Of a stretch of DNA of 64,000 nucleotides, positions 12,884 through 25,700 are shown one piece after another; within the stretch, counting starts at the first letter, position 1; each line of letters begins with the position of its first letter. The stretch comes from Pristiophorus japonicus. Taxonomy: Eukaryota. The stretch covers positions 37,758,001-37,822,000 of the forward strand of contig NC_091995.1 in assembly GCF_044704955.1 (NCBI RefSeq), read 5' to 3'. The notes under the pieces are model-generated. The model was given only the letters and a program-made list of their open reading frames with translations, was not told where the DNA came from and ran no database searches. A program made the position numbers and the translations under genes.

Positions 12884-14544
12884 ATTACTGATAATTCAGG
12901 TCCAGACAGTGGGGTTTTATGATAATTGAATTCAGACAATATGTACTGCTGATAATTCAGGTCCAGACAGTGGGGTTTTATGATAATTGAATTCAGACAG
13001 TATGTACTACTGATAATTCAGGTCCAGACAGTGGGTTTTTATGATAATTCAGACACAGACAATGGCTTTATCTGGTAAGTTACACCCAGACAGTGCATCC
13101 TTCCGATTATTCAGACACAGACGTTGCACCATCTGATCACTCAGATCTAGACAAATAGTCTTTCTGATAATTCAAGCCCAGACAGTTTGCGTTACTGATA
13201 TCTCAGACCAGACAGTGAGTGTTTATAACAATCCTGACCCAGACAGTATATGGTTTTGATAATTCAACCCCAGACAGTGTGTGTTTCGGAAAATGCAGAG
13301 CCAGTCATGGGCCCTGCTGATAAATCAGGCCCAGACCGAGTGTGCTTCAGGTAACTTACACCCAGACAGTGTGTTCGTTTGATAATTCAGACCAAGACAA
13401 AGGATGCTTCGAACATTTCAGACGCAAACAGTGGGTATTTAAGACAATTTTGCCTCCTACATTGTGCATTTCTGATCATTGATTTCGAGACATTGTATCT
13501 CCCTGATAATCCAGTCTCAGACAGTGGGTCATATCATTCAGACACAGAAGGTTGATGCTTTGGATAATGTAGATGTGGACAGTGTGTCTTTCTTATCATT
13601 CAGATGCAGAGTGTGGCTCCGTCTGAACATTCAGACACAGACAGTGACTACTTCTGATCATTCAGATGCAGTGAGTCGCTCCTTCTGATGATTCGGACCC
13701 AGACCATGGCTCCCTCTGAATAGTTAGACACAGACAGTGGCTCCGTCTGAACATTCAGACCCAGACAGTGGCTCCTTCTGGTCATGCAGAACCAGACAGT
13801 GACTCCATCTGGTCATTCAGTTCCAGACAGTGGATCCTTCTGATCATTGAGACCCAGACAGAAAGTGGGAGTTTCATAAAATTCAGGCAAATAAAGTGAC
13901 GACTTCTGATGAAGCTGAACCAGCGAGTAGGTCCTTCTGATAATTAAGGCCGAGCCAGCAGTTCTTTCTCATATTTCAGAGGCAGACAGTGGGTGTCTCT
14001 GATCATTCAGATCCAGACTGTGGTTGTTTCTGATAATTCAGACCCAGACAATCTGTCCGTCTGATTCAGAGCCAGTCAGTTATTTCTGTGATAAATCAGC
14101 CCCAGAAAATGTGTGTTTATGATAATTCTGACACAGACAGTGGGTGTTTTGGAGACAGTATGTGGTCTCGCTGATGAATCAGATCCAGACTGTGGGAGTT
14201 TCGGACAATTCAGAGCCAGACATAGGTCCTGCTGATAAATCAGTTCAAGACCGAGTGTCCTTCAGGTAACTTACACTCAGACTGTGTGAATGACTAATAA
14301 TTCAGACCCAGACATTTGGTCCTTCCAAAAAATCAGACAAATACATTGATTCCGTCTGATGATTCAGGCCTAGCTAATGTGAGTTTCCGATGAATCAGAG
14401 CCAGACTGTGGTCCTGCTGATAAACAAGGCCCAGACATGGTGTCCTTCAGGTAATTTACACCAGAGAGTGTGCATTTCTGATCATTCATAATTAGGCACT
14501 GGGTTAATACAGTAATTCAGACTCACACAATACGTCTTATGTGT

Positions 14545-14940
14545 CCTTTTCTCATTGACTTTTGTTTACTGTGTCCCTCTCTCCCTCAATGTAATGCTCT
14601 GTATAACTGTCTCCCTCACTGTTGTGTACTGTTTCACTCTCTCATAGAAACATAGAAAATAGAAACATAGAAAATAGGTGCAGGAGTAGGCCATTCGGCC
14701 CTTCTAGCCTGCACCGCCATTCAATGAGTTCATGGCTGAACATTCACTTCAGTACCCCATTCCTGCTTTCTCGCCATACCCCTTGATCCCCCTAGCAATA
14801 GATAGTAATTTTTCTCTCACTCCCTCATTATTATGCACTGTGTCACTATCTTGCTCACTGTTGTGTACTGTGTCATTCGCTCCCTCACTTTTGTGCACTG
14901 TCTCTCTCTCTCTCTCTCTCCCTCACTGTTGTGTGCTGTT
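14545..14940. repeat. Short tandem/low-complexity repeat (ctccctcactgttgtgtactgt-like) at the satellite border
   Basis: Several diverged copies on both sides of the CR1 tail at 14643-14797. Confidence 0.6.
14643..14797 (-). mobile_element. CR1 3'-terminal fragment
   Basis: Near-exact reverse complement of ~12735-12883, including the catagaaa tail units. Confidence 0.9.
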
Positions 14941-15269
14941 TCCCTGGGGACTGTGCGCCAATTTCTTTCAATGTGTTATTACATGCAGGCAAGCATCGCA
15001 CAGGAATGTCGCATTTGGCAGCAGATCGCCGATGTAACAGGATGTACAAGCGTTAGAAGGAACCTGTAACATGAGGGATTGGAATCGTAAGATGTAGATT
15101 TTAAGGAATAGATCTGAGGACTGTTAGGAGCAGCAGGCTGCAGAACAACTCTATGTATACAGGGCTGCCGTTCTGATAACCACACTTAATAGAATCATTT
15201 AGGTCAGGACTGAAGGTGATATATCCACTCCTCATTACTATCTGTTGCTCTAAAAGACCTAGGGAATTA

Positions 15270-15720
15270 GTTCCAATGCTTGGCTCATTGGCCATACAGC
15301 TTTTCATGTATATACCAAAATTACTTTTCAATATAACTGTTGATTATTCTCCCACCACACTTGCTGGAAATGCACTTCAGATCATAAAAACTAGATGAAT
15401 AAGAATCATTAATCTTTTCTCTTCCAAAGCAAACTATTTCAGCGTATCCCGTCTCTCCACGTAATTGAATTCCCACGACCATGATGTTCAATTTGATCTG
15501 CACCCTTTCTGAGGTTTTGACATTGTATCTAAAATGTAGTAGCCAGAATTGGGCAAAATTCTCTAGCCGAGATGTAATCTTTGTTTTCTGACATTTTAAC
15601 GTAACTTACTTGCTTGCTTTTGTAATCTTCGACTCAGTTTATAAAGCCAATGATCCAATATGCTTTTGAAACATATTTATTATCTTGTCCTGCCACCTCC
15701 TAGATTTTGCGTATGTGAGA
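15270..15720 (-). mobile_element. Highly degenerate CR1-like fragment
   Basis: Residual similarity to reverse-strand CR1 ORF2 (agccagaattgggcaaaattctctagccgag; ataaagccaatgatccaatatgc). Confidence 0.4.
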
Positions 15721-16039
15721 TTATTAAAAAAACCTTCTGTCCATTAAAACTAACAGTCAGAATTTCACAATCTGTGGGCACACAGTCTCCTTGTAGAGAC
15801 TCCGGTCTCACCTAAAATCCTAAAAGAAAGAAAAGCCCTTCGCACTTTTTTAGATTGGTCAGGTGGGCTATTGATAACTTTTCACTCTCCCTATCACTGT
15901 TGAAAGCAAGCTTCCATTTTTTAAATGTAAAACACATTTTACCTCCTTAAACAATATTTGCACTTGGACAATCTGGTTCAGCGCAAAGATCATTACTCTC
16001 TTTAATGACCTACACTGAGATGTATGGGTTGGGGTGGTG

Positions 16040-16225
16040 CACAGCTGCAGAGGAGATAGAGAGAGAGGTAATTCATCGCAGTAATACAGATACATTTGCA
16101 AAGGAGACAGAGAGGTGTAATGTTCGCAGGAATACAGATAACATGCAGAGGAGACACAGAGGTGTAACTGCGTGCAATAATACAGATACACCTTCTGAAG
16201 GAGAGGGAGAGAGAAGTAATTTATC
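16040..16225. repeat. Minisatellite (gagagaggtgtaat...gtaatacagataca-like, ~4 copies)
   Basis: aatacagata(c/a)a recurs at roughly 50-bp spacing. Confidence 0.6.
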
Positions 16226-17075
16226 ATAAAAGTTTACTTCACGGAAGGAGGCCATTTCAGCCCATGAGGTCTGTAACGGAATACAAGAGACTATCCAGCC
16301 TAATCCCACGTTCCAGCTTGCAGGTTATGGCACTTTAAGTGCACATCCAAGTACTTTTTAAATGTGCTGATGATTTCACCACATCACCCTTTCAGGCAGT
16401 GATCGCCAAACCCCCACAACCCTCTGCATCAGTAAATTTCTCCTCAATCCCCTCTAAACCTTCTACTAATTACTTTAAATTCATCCCCCAGTTTGTTGCC
16501 CCAACTGCCAAGGGAAATATGCCTTTTATATTGATTATATCTAAGTCCAGCTTAATTTTGTACACCTTAATGAGGTCTCCCCAGCTTCCTCTGTTCCAAG
16601 GAAAACAAACCCAGCCTATCCAATCTAGCCTCATGGATAATATTCTCCACTCCCAGCAACATCCTCGTAAATCTCCTCTGTCCCCTCTCCAGTGAAATCA
16701 CATTCCTCCCGTAATGCGGTAACCAGAACTGCACGCAGTACTCAAGCTGTGGACTAACCAGTGTTTTTACATTTCAAGCTTCACCCTCCCAGCTCTATAA
16801 TCTGGCTAATAAATGCAAGCATTCCGTATGCCTTCTTAACTCCCTTATCGACCTGGCCTGCTATCTACAGACATCTGTGGACATGCACTCCAAGTCACAT
16901 TGTTCCTCTATACTTCCCAGTGTGCTAGTATTTAATGTATATTACCTTTCCTTGTTAGACCTCCCGAAATGCATTATCTCACTCTTCTCTGGGCTAAATT
17001 CCATTTGACACTGTTCTTCCCACCTGACCAGTTGATTAATATCTTCCTGCAGTCCGCAGCTTTCTTCTTCATTAT
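16225..17075 (-). mobile_element. Degenerate CR1 LINE 3' fragment
   Basis: Reverse-strand CR1 hallmarks (accagaactgcacgcagtactcaagctgtgg; gcattccgtatgccttcttaac). Confidence 0.8.
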
Positions 17076-17079
17076 TAAC

Positions 17080-18615
17080 CAGGATAAATCTGCATTTGGA
17101 AAGTCAAAGATTAATTAGGGACAGTCAGCACAGATTTGTTCATGGAAGATTGTTTTTGACTGACCTGATTGAATTTTTTGAGGAGGTAACCAAGAGGGCT
17201 GATGAGAGTAGTGCATGCAATGAAGTATATATGGACTTTAGCAAGGCTTTTGATAAGGTCCCACATGATAAAAGTTTAAAGCCCATAAGATACGGGGCAA
17301 AGTGGCAATTTGGATCCAAAATTGGGTTGGAGGAAGGAAGCAAAGGGTAATGATTGATGCATGGTTTTGTGACTGGAAGGATGTTTCCAGTGAGGTTCTA
17401 CAAGGCTCAGTACTGGGTCCCTTGCTTTTTGTGGTACATATCAACGATTTAGATTTGAATATAGGTCGTATGATTAAGAAGATTGCAGACAACACTAAAA
17501 TTGGATGTGTGGTTGATAATGAGGAGGAATGTGATGGGCTGCAGGAGAATATCAATCTTCGGGCCAGGTGGACAGAGCAGTGGCAAATGGAATTTAATTC
17601 AGAGAATTGTGAGGGAGCACATTGGGACGGCTAATCTGGAAAGGATATACACATTAAGTGGTAGGCCACTTAATAGTGTAGATGAAGAAAGGGACCTTGG
17701 AGTGCTTGTCCACAGATCACTGAAAGTAGCAGGCCAGGTGGATAAGGTGGTTAAGAAGGCATATGGAATGTTTGCCTTTATTGGCCGAGGCATAGAACAT
17801 AAGAGCAGGAAGGTTATGTTTAAATTGTATAACACTTTGGTTAGGCCACAACTGGAGTACTGCATGTAGTTCTCATCAAATATTATAAGGAGGACGTAAT
17901 TGCACTGGAGAGGGTGAAGAGGAGATTTACTCGGATGCTGCCTGCAATGGAGAATCTTAGTTATGAGGACAAATTGGATAGACTGGGTTTGTTCTCATTG
18001 CAACAGTGGAGGTTGAGAGGAGACCACATTGAGGTGTACAAAATATTGAGGGGCATGGACATAGTGGATAGTAAGTGTCTATTTCCATTGCTGGAGGGGT
18101 CTATTAAGATGGGGCATTGTTTTAAGGTGGTTGATGGAAGGTTTATAGGTGATTTGGCGGGGGGAGGATTTTTTATGCAGAGGGTTGTGGGGATCTGGAA
18201 CTCACTGTCTGGAAGAGTGGTGGATGCAGCAACTCTCACCACTTTTAAGAGGTGGTTGGATCGGCACTTAAAGTGCAATAACCTGCATGGTTATTGATCT
18301 AGAGCTGGTAATTGGGATTAGACTGGATGATCTTTTGTTGGACGGTGCAGATATAATTGTACTACTGCAGGAAATAGAATACAGTAAGGGTGATCTCCTG
18401 AACTAATTTTGATCGCCTGGATGGGTCGCAGACGAGTTTTCCCAGATTTTATCTCCCTAAATTGTCCTGGATTTTTATCTGGTTTTTGCCTCTCCCAGGA
18501 GATCACATGGCTCTGGTCGGGGTGGCGTGTAGAATGTTTCAGTATAAAGAGTGTCGCAGTTGTGTGAGTTTGTGTGGTTGGGCTGGGTGCTCTCTATCTT
18601 TCCGTCATTGTTCAT
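17080..18615 (+). mobile_element. CR1 LINE fragment (RT domain to 3' UTR), frameshifted
   Basis: ORF pieces [40 protein letters not shown]. Confidence 0.9.
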
Positions 18616-18621
18616 AGGTTT

Positions 18622-19450
18622 ATAGAAACATAGAAACATAGAAGATAGGTGGAGAAATAGGCAATTCTGCCCTTCGAGCCTGTACCACCATTCAATATGA
18701 TGATGGCTGATCATGCAACTTCAGTACCCCATTCCTCTTTTCTCTTCAAACTCCATTGATCACTTTAGCCGGAAGGGTCAGATCTAAGTCACGTTTGAAT
18801 GTATATAACGAACTGGCCTCAACAACTTTCTGTGGTAGTGAATTCCACAGGTTCACAACTCTCTGAATGAAGACGTTTCTGCTCATCTTCGGCTTAAATG
18901 GCTTGCCCCTTGTCCTTGGACTGTGACCGCTGGTTCTGGACTTCCCCAACATTGGGAACATTCTTCCTGCATCTAACCTGTACAATCCCATCGGAATTTT
19001 AGATGTTTCTATGAGATCCCCTCTCATTCTTCTAAATATCAGAGAATAAAAGCCTAGTCAATCCAATCTTTCTTCATATGGCAGTCCTGCCATCCCGGGA
19101 ATCAGCCTGGAGAACCTTCAATGCACTCCCTCAATAGCAAGAAAGTCCTTCCTCAGATTAGGAGAACAAAACTGTACACCATATTCAAGATTTCGCCTCA
19201 CCAAGGCCCTGTACAACTGTCATAAGTCCTCCCTGCTCTTATATTCAAATCCTCTCATTATGAAGGCCAAATTGCCTTCTTCACTGCTTGCTGTACCTGT
19301 ATGCCAACTTTCAATGATTGATGTACCATGACACCCAGGTCTCGTTGCACTTCCCCTTTTTACTAATCTGTCAACATTGAGATAATATTCTGCCTTTCCT
19401 GTTTTTGGCAATGAAGTGGGTAACCTCACATTTATCTACATTATACTGCA
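18622..19450 (-). mobile_element. CR1 LINE 3' fragment
   Basis: ORF 18746-19027 MRGDLIETSK...QRVVNLWNSLP; (catagaaa)n tail at ~18622-18645. Confidence 0.9.
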
Positions 19451-20029
19451 CCAGATGAATTTCTAGGCCTGTGTCTCACTGACCATGCAATGAAGGCATA
19501 TTGTAGGATGATTAGAACGTGTTGTGTCCTGTGAATGTGTGTGCCTCCCTGGTTTACCGTGTGTGTGTGTGTTTGTGTGTGTTTGTTTTTGCGTGAGAGA
19601 GAGAGAGATTAGATCCTGCCTGAATCACTCTCACTCTCCCCGTCCCCCTCCCCCTCCCAGCCCCCGCTCCAGCCCCAGCCCCAGCTCTGAGAATTTCCCG
19701 GCCCACCCCTCACCCTGCTCACATGGACTGTGCCCCGGTTCCAATCGAGCGCTGAAGAGAGGTTTCTGGACGATGGGTCGACAGTCTGTGAGACGGTGGT
19801 GTAGTGGAGTCTGGGAGGGATCGCAGACCTTGTGAGATGGTAGAAGAGATGAGTCTTGGAGGGAGCACAGACCGTGTGGAACGCTGAAGGATCAGCATCC
19901 AGGAGCAGGAGCAGACCGCCTGGGAACGTGGAGGAGCAGAATCCGGGAGCAGGACTGGTCCGTGTGAGAATCTGCAGAATCTGTGTCTGGGAGCAGGAGA
20001 AGACCATGTTGGATGCTAATAATTGCATC

Positions 20030-20400
20030 TTTAATTTTTCCCTCTCCGCATTCAAATTTCTCTCTCTCTGTTACCTTCTATTTCTCTTTTCTCTTGATTT
20101 TTCTCACTTCTCTTATCTTTTTTCTCTCTTTCCTTGCTCATTGTTTCTTTCTCCCCTTTTCTCATTTTTTATATCCTGTCTTACGTATTTACTATTCAAT
20201 CGTGACCTCATCAACCCCTTCCTCAAGTTTGCTGTTTTATTTATCTTTTATTATCTTCCCCTTTTCTTGTTCGTCCTGTCGTTTTCTCCTCCTCCTCTTT
20301 GTCCCTCTTTTCTTTTCCTATTTATTGTCATCCTCTTTTTCGCTTCCCCTTTTCCTCTTTTCTTTCTATCTTTGCCCCCTCTCATGCACCTATTATTCCA
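20030..20400. repeat. Pyrimidine-rich low-complexity tract
   Basis: Almost exclusively C/T; a purine-rich counterpart lies at ~20690-21000. Confidence 0.75.
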
Positions 20401-21991
20401 CATGTGCAAAATCCAGAACTTTCGATCAGTCAAGTTACGCCGCGACAGGTCATCGAACCGTAAAACGTGTATTGCTGAAGAACAGTAGGGCTATTGGCTC
20501 AGCAACTGCCCAACAATTGCCCAAGCAACCCTTATGGCTTTTAAAATCAGCTGTAGGGCTTGCTTTCAGCAACATAAATGTATATATAAGGCTCAAGCAC
20601 AATAGTTAAAAATCAAAAATTACGCACATACACTTCAAATGAGTTTTTCCAAATATTGGACTGCTTTAATATGTTTAGAATTTTATTTTTAAATGAGAGA
20701 AGAAACAATTTTGCAAAGTGCAAGATAGAAAGAAAAATGCAGAGATATAACTAGCGATAGAGGTACAGTTGCAGAAAGATAGAGATGGAGGTTCCACAAG
20801 AGCAGAAGTTGTTGCGTGGGGACTAGAGGAAACAGAAAGACAACAAGAGGGAGTTAGAAAAGTGGAGTGAGTACCAGGGAGAGACACTGAGTGGCAGATG
20901 TAAAGAAACAAGGTAAAACGACCGGAGCCAAGCAGAAAGAGAGATGTGCAGATCAAAAAAGATAGTGTGAGGGAGAGAGGAATGGAAAGAGGAAGATGTG
21001 CCCTCTGTCCTGAGATGTCTTGACCTATCAGATGTGCCAGTGTGAGCTATTACTGCAAGGCATTTATTACAATTAACACACAGCTAAATACAACGTTGGA
21101 GTGAATTTTCTGTTCGAAACAGGGGGCTCTGTGTCTGAGTGAAAAGGGAACATAATCCTCAGCAGGCGTTATCGATCAGACGTCCATTTTACAATCTGTC
21201 TGATTTATTTTTCGAATGCAAGTTAAAATCGGATATTCTGTCTAGTGCATGACTGATCCAAAACACCAGTTTAATACTCTGGTGGCAATTAGGCAATGTA
21301 CCCAACGGTGTCTTTCCCCATCTTAATGTGAGCTCATTAAAAAGTTGGAATCTTGAAGCAGACTGCCTCAACTTATCATCTGTTATTATTATTTCATACG
21401 GTTGATGCAGATGTAGAGCACCAACCATAATTTTGCATCGGATGTTTGACAAGGTGTTTGTGACTTATTGTGAACTCTATGCGGCTGTCTCAGCAACAAC
21501 AGTGGTGTCAATGTTGTGTGTCTCCTAAACGGCTTGCATGTTACTTCAAGCGGCAGTGAGGGATATTGTTCAGATTCTGGTGGATGGGGAGATGGTCATT
21601 TTCCAAGATTCACCTGCTTTACCAGAATGGATGACTAAACATGTAAGAGAAAACATTGGACTATAGGAAAAGCATATCAAATAAAAAAAAATAACACAGA
21701 TCGTGTGGAATGGGAAAGATACATATCACAACAAAATGTGAGACAGCTGATAGTAAGAGCTACAAAAAGGGTGTATGACCCGAAACTTGCTGTGGAAATC
21801 GAAACCAACACAATTTATTTCAACGATTATATTGGGAAAAGAAAACTGGTCAGGAGCAATGTTGGCCTCTTGAATACTGATAATGGTGCTAGTGTCACTG
21901 AAATAAATAAATGGCGAACATTTTGAATAATAATTTAATTCTGTATTTACAGTAGATACTTTAATGTATTTCCTCACTTTATGTTGATAAG

Positions 21992-22149
21992 GACACGGTG
22001 ATTGACCTGGAAGCTCTGTCAGAGTCCTGCATTGCTACCTTTCAGCCGGAGAAAGTAGATATTCATTTTGTGCTCAGCAGTCCTGACAGAAGTTCAAAGC
22101 ATATATTGAGATACAGACCAGTAATGCGCTGATACAGGGTGAGCTAAAG
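21992..22149 (+). pseudogene. C4: C4-like exon (post-thioester-domain), frameshifted
   Basis: ag|DTVIDLEALSESCIATFQPEKVDIHFVLSSPDRSSKHIL[fs]IQTSNALIQGELK|gt; compare human [30 protein letters not shown]...EEELQ. 158 bp, not a multiple of 3. Confidence 0.8.
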
Positions 22150-22789
22150 GTAGCAATGGAATCCAAAGGCAAACTGCAGTTTCAATGTTTACCTTAGCGA
22201 AATTTCGATGGATTCTTTTCTGGCTCTGACCAGTCGGTCCCCTTGAATGACAAGTACTGATTGCTGATTAGCCCCTGTGGAGGGAAAAGCACACGGAACA
22301 GTCTCCCTGAAATGTGTAATTAGATCCTCCAAACCTATGTAATCAGTGACTTTCCAAAGTGTAATTTGTGCCATTACTGCTGACTCCAGATTTCCAGAGC
22401 GCACTTGGTTGACATGGATCACCCTCACGGGTAATGAACTTCAACCAGACTCTAAAAACAAGTTCCACCCTCACAGTCCAAGTTCCTGATCTGCTTCCAC
22501 TCTAAGCCCAAACTCTCAGGTCCTGAACTCCTCATCCCCCACCTAAGTTTCTGACTTACCCCTCTCATGCTCCGGACGTCCTCCCCACAAATGTCTGAGA
22601 TTCTCACCTCTCTCACATCCCTGAACTAAGCCCAGTCACCTACCATCTGCCGGCAGAGATGGGAATTTTGCATTGGTCACGGATTGTTAACTGGTTTATG
22701 AAGTGAATAGTGACAGTGTTGAGACTTCTGCACGTCATCCAATCTGATGACGTTACTTGCCACACACATACCGAGCTTTCCGAGAAATA

Positions 22790-25700
22790 AAGCAGGTGTC
22801 AGGGAGGCAGGGAGAATGGCAGTCGGGAGCGTGATTTCAAGGATTGAGGTATATAAATGGGCAGGAGCAGCGGCAGTCGGCAGCGGCAGTCTGGAGTCAG
22901 AGGTCGAGGATCGAACCTTATAAAAGGGCAGGATCAGCGGCAGTCGGAGTGGGAGGTAGAGGATCAAGGTCTCTAAAAGGCCAGGAGCAGCGGCAGTCAG
23001 GAGCAGCATTCAGGAGCAGGAGGTCGAGGATCAAAGTCTATAAAAGGTCAGAAGCAGTGGCAGTTGGGAGCAGGAATTAGTGCAAAGGTAACCAAAGAAG
23101 TAATAAAAAAAATCGAAGTGTGATGTCACAGACAAGCGGGTAAGTGATTGGCTGGTGGATTGGTGAGTATATAATCTTTTTTGTTTTCTTTTTCTTTTCT
23201 AATCAGTAGGAAACCTATGGCATTGTTGCAAAATTAAGTTAATCTAAGCGTTAAGTCATGGCAGAAGAGCCCAGACCCATGTCATGCTCCTCCTGTGCTA
23301 TGTGAGAAGTCAGAGACGCTGTACTATGTGTGCAGGAAGTGTGTCCAGCTGCAGCTCCTGACAGGCCGCATTGCGGCACTGGAGCTGCGCATGTATTCAC
23401 TCTGAAGCATCCGCGAAGCTGAGGATGTTGTGAAGAGGATGTTTAGTGAGTTGGTCACACCGCAGGTAAAGGTTACACAGGCAGATAGGGAATGGGTGAC
23501 CATCAGGCAGAACAGTGGAAGGAAAGTAGTCAAGTGGTCCCCTGAGGTCATCTCCCTCCAAAACAGATATATGATTTTGGATACTGTTGGGGGGGATGGC
23601 TCATCGGGGAAGGCAGCAGCAGCCAAGTTCATGGCTGTTATGTATGTAAACCTGCAATTATCATGTCTAAGTACCAGAGGGCTTATCCCCTGGAGTCCTA
23701 AGGTATCCCCCAATCCATTAGGAGCACCTTTCTAGAAGGAGGCCTCTCAGGCTGGAAATGCAATCTGAGATCTGCAATAAAGGAATATGGTCTCACTTAC
23801 TTTGAGCATGCCGTATCTAGTCTGACTTCTTATCCAAGACATAACAACTCGTGACGAGATGACGAACCCCAAGGCAACATTGCAGAGAACTGTGGGCTAC
23901 CTGGAGAAATTTTCAGAGGGAGCTGATTGGGAGACCTTTGTGGAACAACTTGACCAATACTTCATAGCCAATGAGCTGGAAGCAGAAGGGAACGCTGCCA
24001 AATGAAGGGCGATCCTCCTCACCATTTGCAGGGTACCAACAAATGGCCTCATGAAAAACCAGCTCGCTCCAGCAAAACCAACAGACAAGTCATATGCTGA
24101 GCTGTGTACACTGGTCCGGGAGCATCTAAACCTGAAGGAAAGCGTTCTGAAGGCAAAGTATTGGTACTTCACCTACAAGAGCTCGCTGAGCTAAGGCGCC
24201 TTGCAGGCCATTTCGAATTTGAAGTGCACTTGCAGCATATGCTCAGGGACTTGTTTGTATTTGGCATTGGCCATGAAGAAATACTTCACAAACTTTTGAA
24301 GGTAGAGATCTCAACCTTGAGTAAAGCCATAGCGTTAGCCTAGGCGTTTATCTCCACCAGTGGTAACCCCAAACAAATTTCCCAGTACTCTAGTGCTGCA
24401 GCAAATACTGTGAACAAAGTAACTTTGTTTTCGAATCGAAATGTATATGGAAGTACTTACACGTCTATAGCTGCACGTCCGCAGGTGACTCAGAGTCCGC
24501 CATCAAGGGTGATGAATACAAAGCAATTCGCACGTTGTTGGCGCTGAAGGGGTGATCATTGATTCCATTCATGCCGCTTCAAAGGATACATTTGCAAGGG
24601 CTGTGAAACAATTGGACAGCTCCAACTTTTGTGCAGGCTTACTGCAAACCGTGCTAATCCTGCAAACCATCATGTTGCAGAGTAGGACAGATCCACCGTG
24701 GATCATGACGAACCAGAGCCTCAGGCCGAGGAGGCAATGGTATATGGCATGCAAACATTTACCAAAAAGTGTCCCCCGATAATGCTGAAGGTTGAATTAA
24801 ATGGACTCCCGGTGTCCATGGAGCTGGACACGGGCGCAAGCCAGTCCATATGATTAAAAAGACTTTCAATAAGTTGTGGTGCATCAAGGCTTCAAGCCAG
24901 TCCTGACTCCCATTCGCACCAAAATCAGAACATACACAAAGGAACTGATTCACATAATTGGCAGTGCTACCGTAAAGGTCTCCTACGATGGAGCGGTACG
25001 TGATTTACCACTCTGTGCTACCGGGCGATGGCCTGATGCTGTTCAGCAGGAGCTGGCTGGGAAAGATACTCTGGAACTGGGATGATGTCCGAGTGCTTTT
25101 GTCCTTCGAAGACTCCTCATGTGCCCAGGTCCCAAGCAAGTTCGAACGAGGCATCGGGAAGTTCCAACGAGCAAAAGTGCAAATCCATTTGATTCCGGGG
25201 GAGCGTTCCATCCATCACAAGGTGAGAGCAGTACCTCACATGATCAGAGAGAGGGTGGAGATCGAGCTAGGCAGGCTGCAATGAGAGGGCATCATTTAGC
25301 CGATCGAATTCAATGAGTGGACCAGTCTGATTTTTCCAGTCCTCAAGGGAGTTGGCACCTTCAGAATCTGTGGTGATTACAAAATAACTATCATTCATTT
25401 CTCACTGCAGGATCAATACCCACTACCAAAGGCAGATGACCTATTTGTGTAGCTGGCGGGAGGGAAAACATTCACAAAACTGGATTTGACCTCGGCCTAC
25501 ATGGTGCAGGAGCTGGAGGAATTTTAGAAAGGCCTCACCTGCATCAACACGCACAAAGATCTTTTCGTTTACAACAGATGCCCGTTTGGGATTCGATCGG
25601 CTGCGGCGATACTCCAGAGGAACATGTAAAGATTGCTGAAGATGGTCCCGTACACCATCGTCTTCCAGGACGATATCTTCCTGCAGGTCGGGACACCGTC

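Larger units (their letters stand above)
4095..14530 (+). repeat. Satellite A (~31-bp monomer cagacagtgggtgtttctgataattcagacc), main array
   Basis: Hundreds of diverged tandem monomers with conserved ctgataattcagac and cagacagtg cores; interrupted by RTE (4687-4900) and CR1 (11967-12883) insertions. Confidence 0.95.

Noticed and set aside
4095-14530. CRISPR-like repeat-spacer array
   Set aside because: The variable parts are diverged versions of the same 31-bp monomer, not unique spacers; no cas genes; vertebrate context.
19856-20609. Long hydrophobic ORFs (210 and 208 aa)
   Set aside because: F/L/S richness comes from a pyrimidine low-complexity tract.
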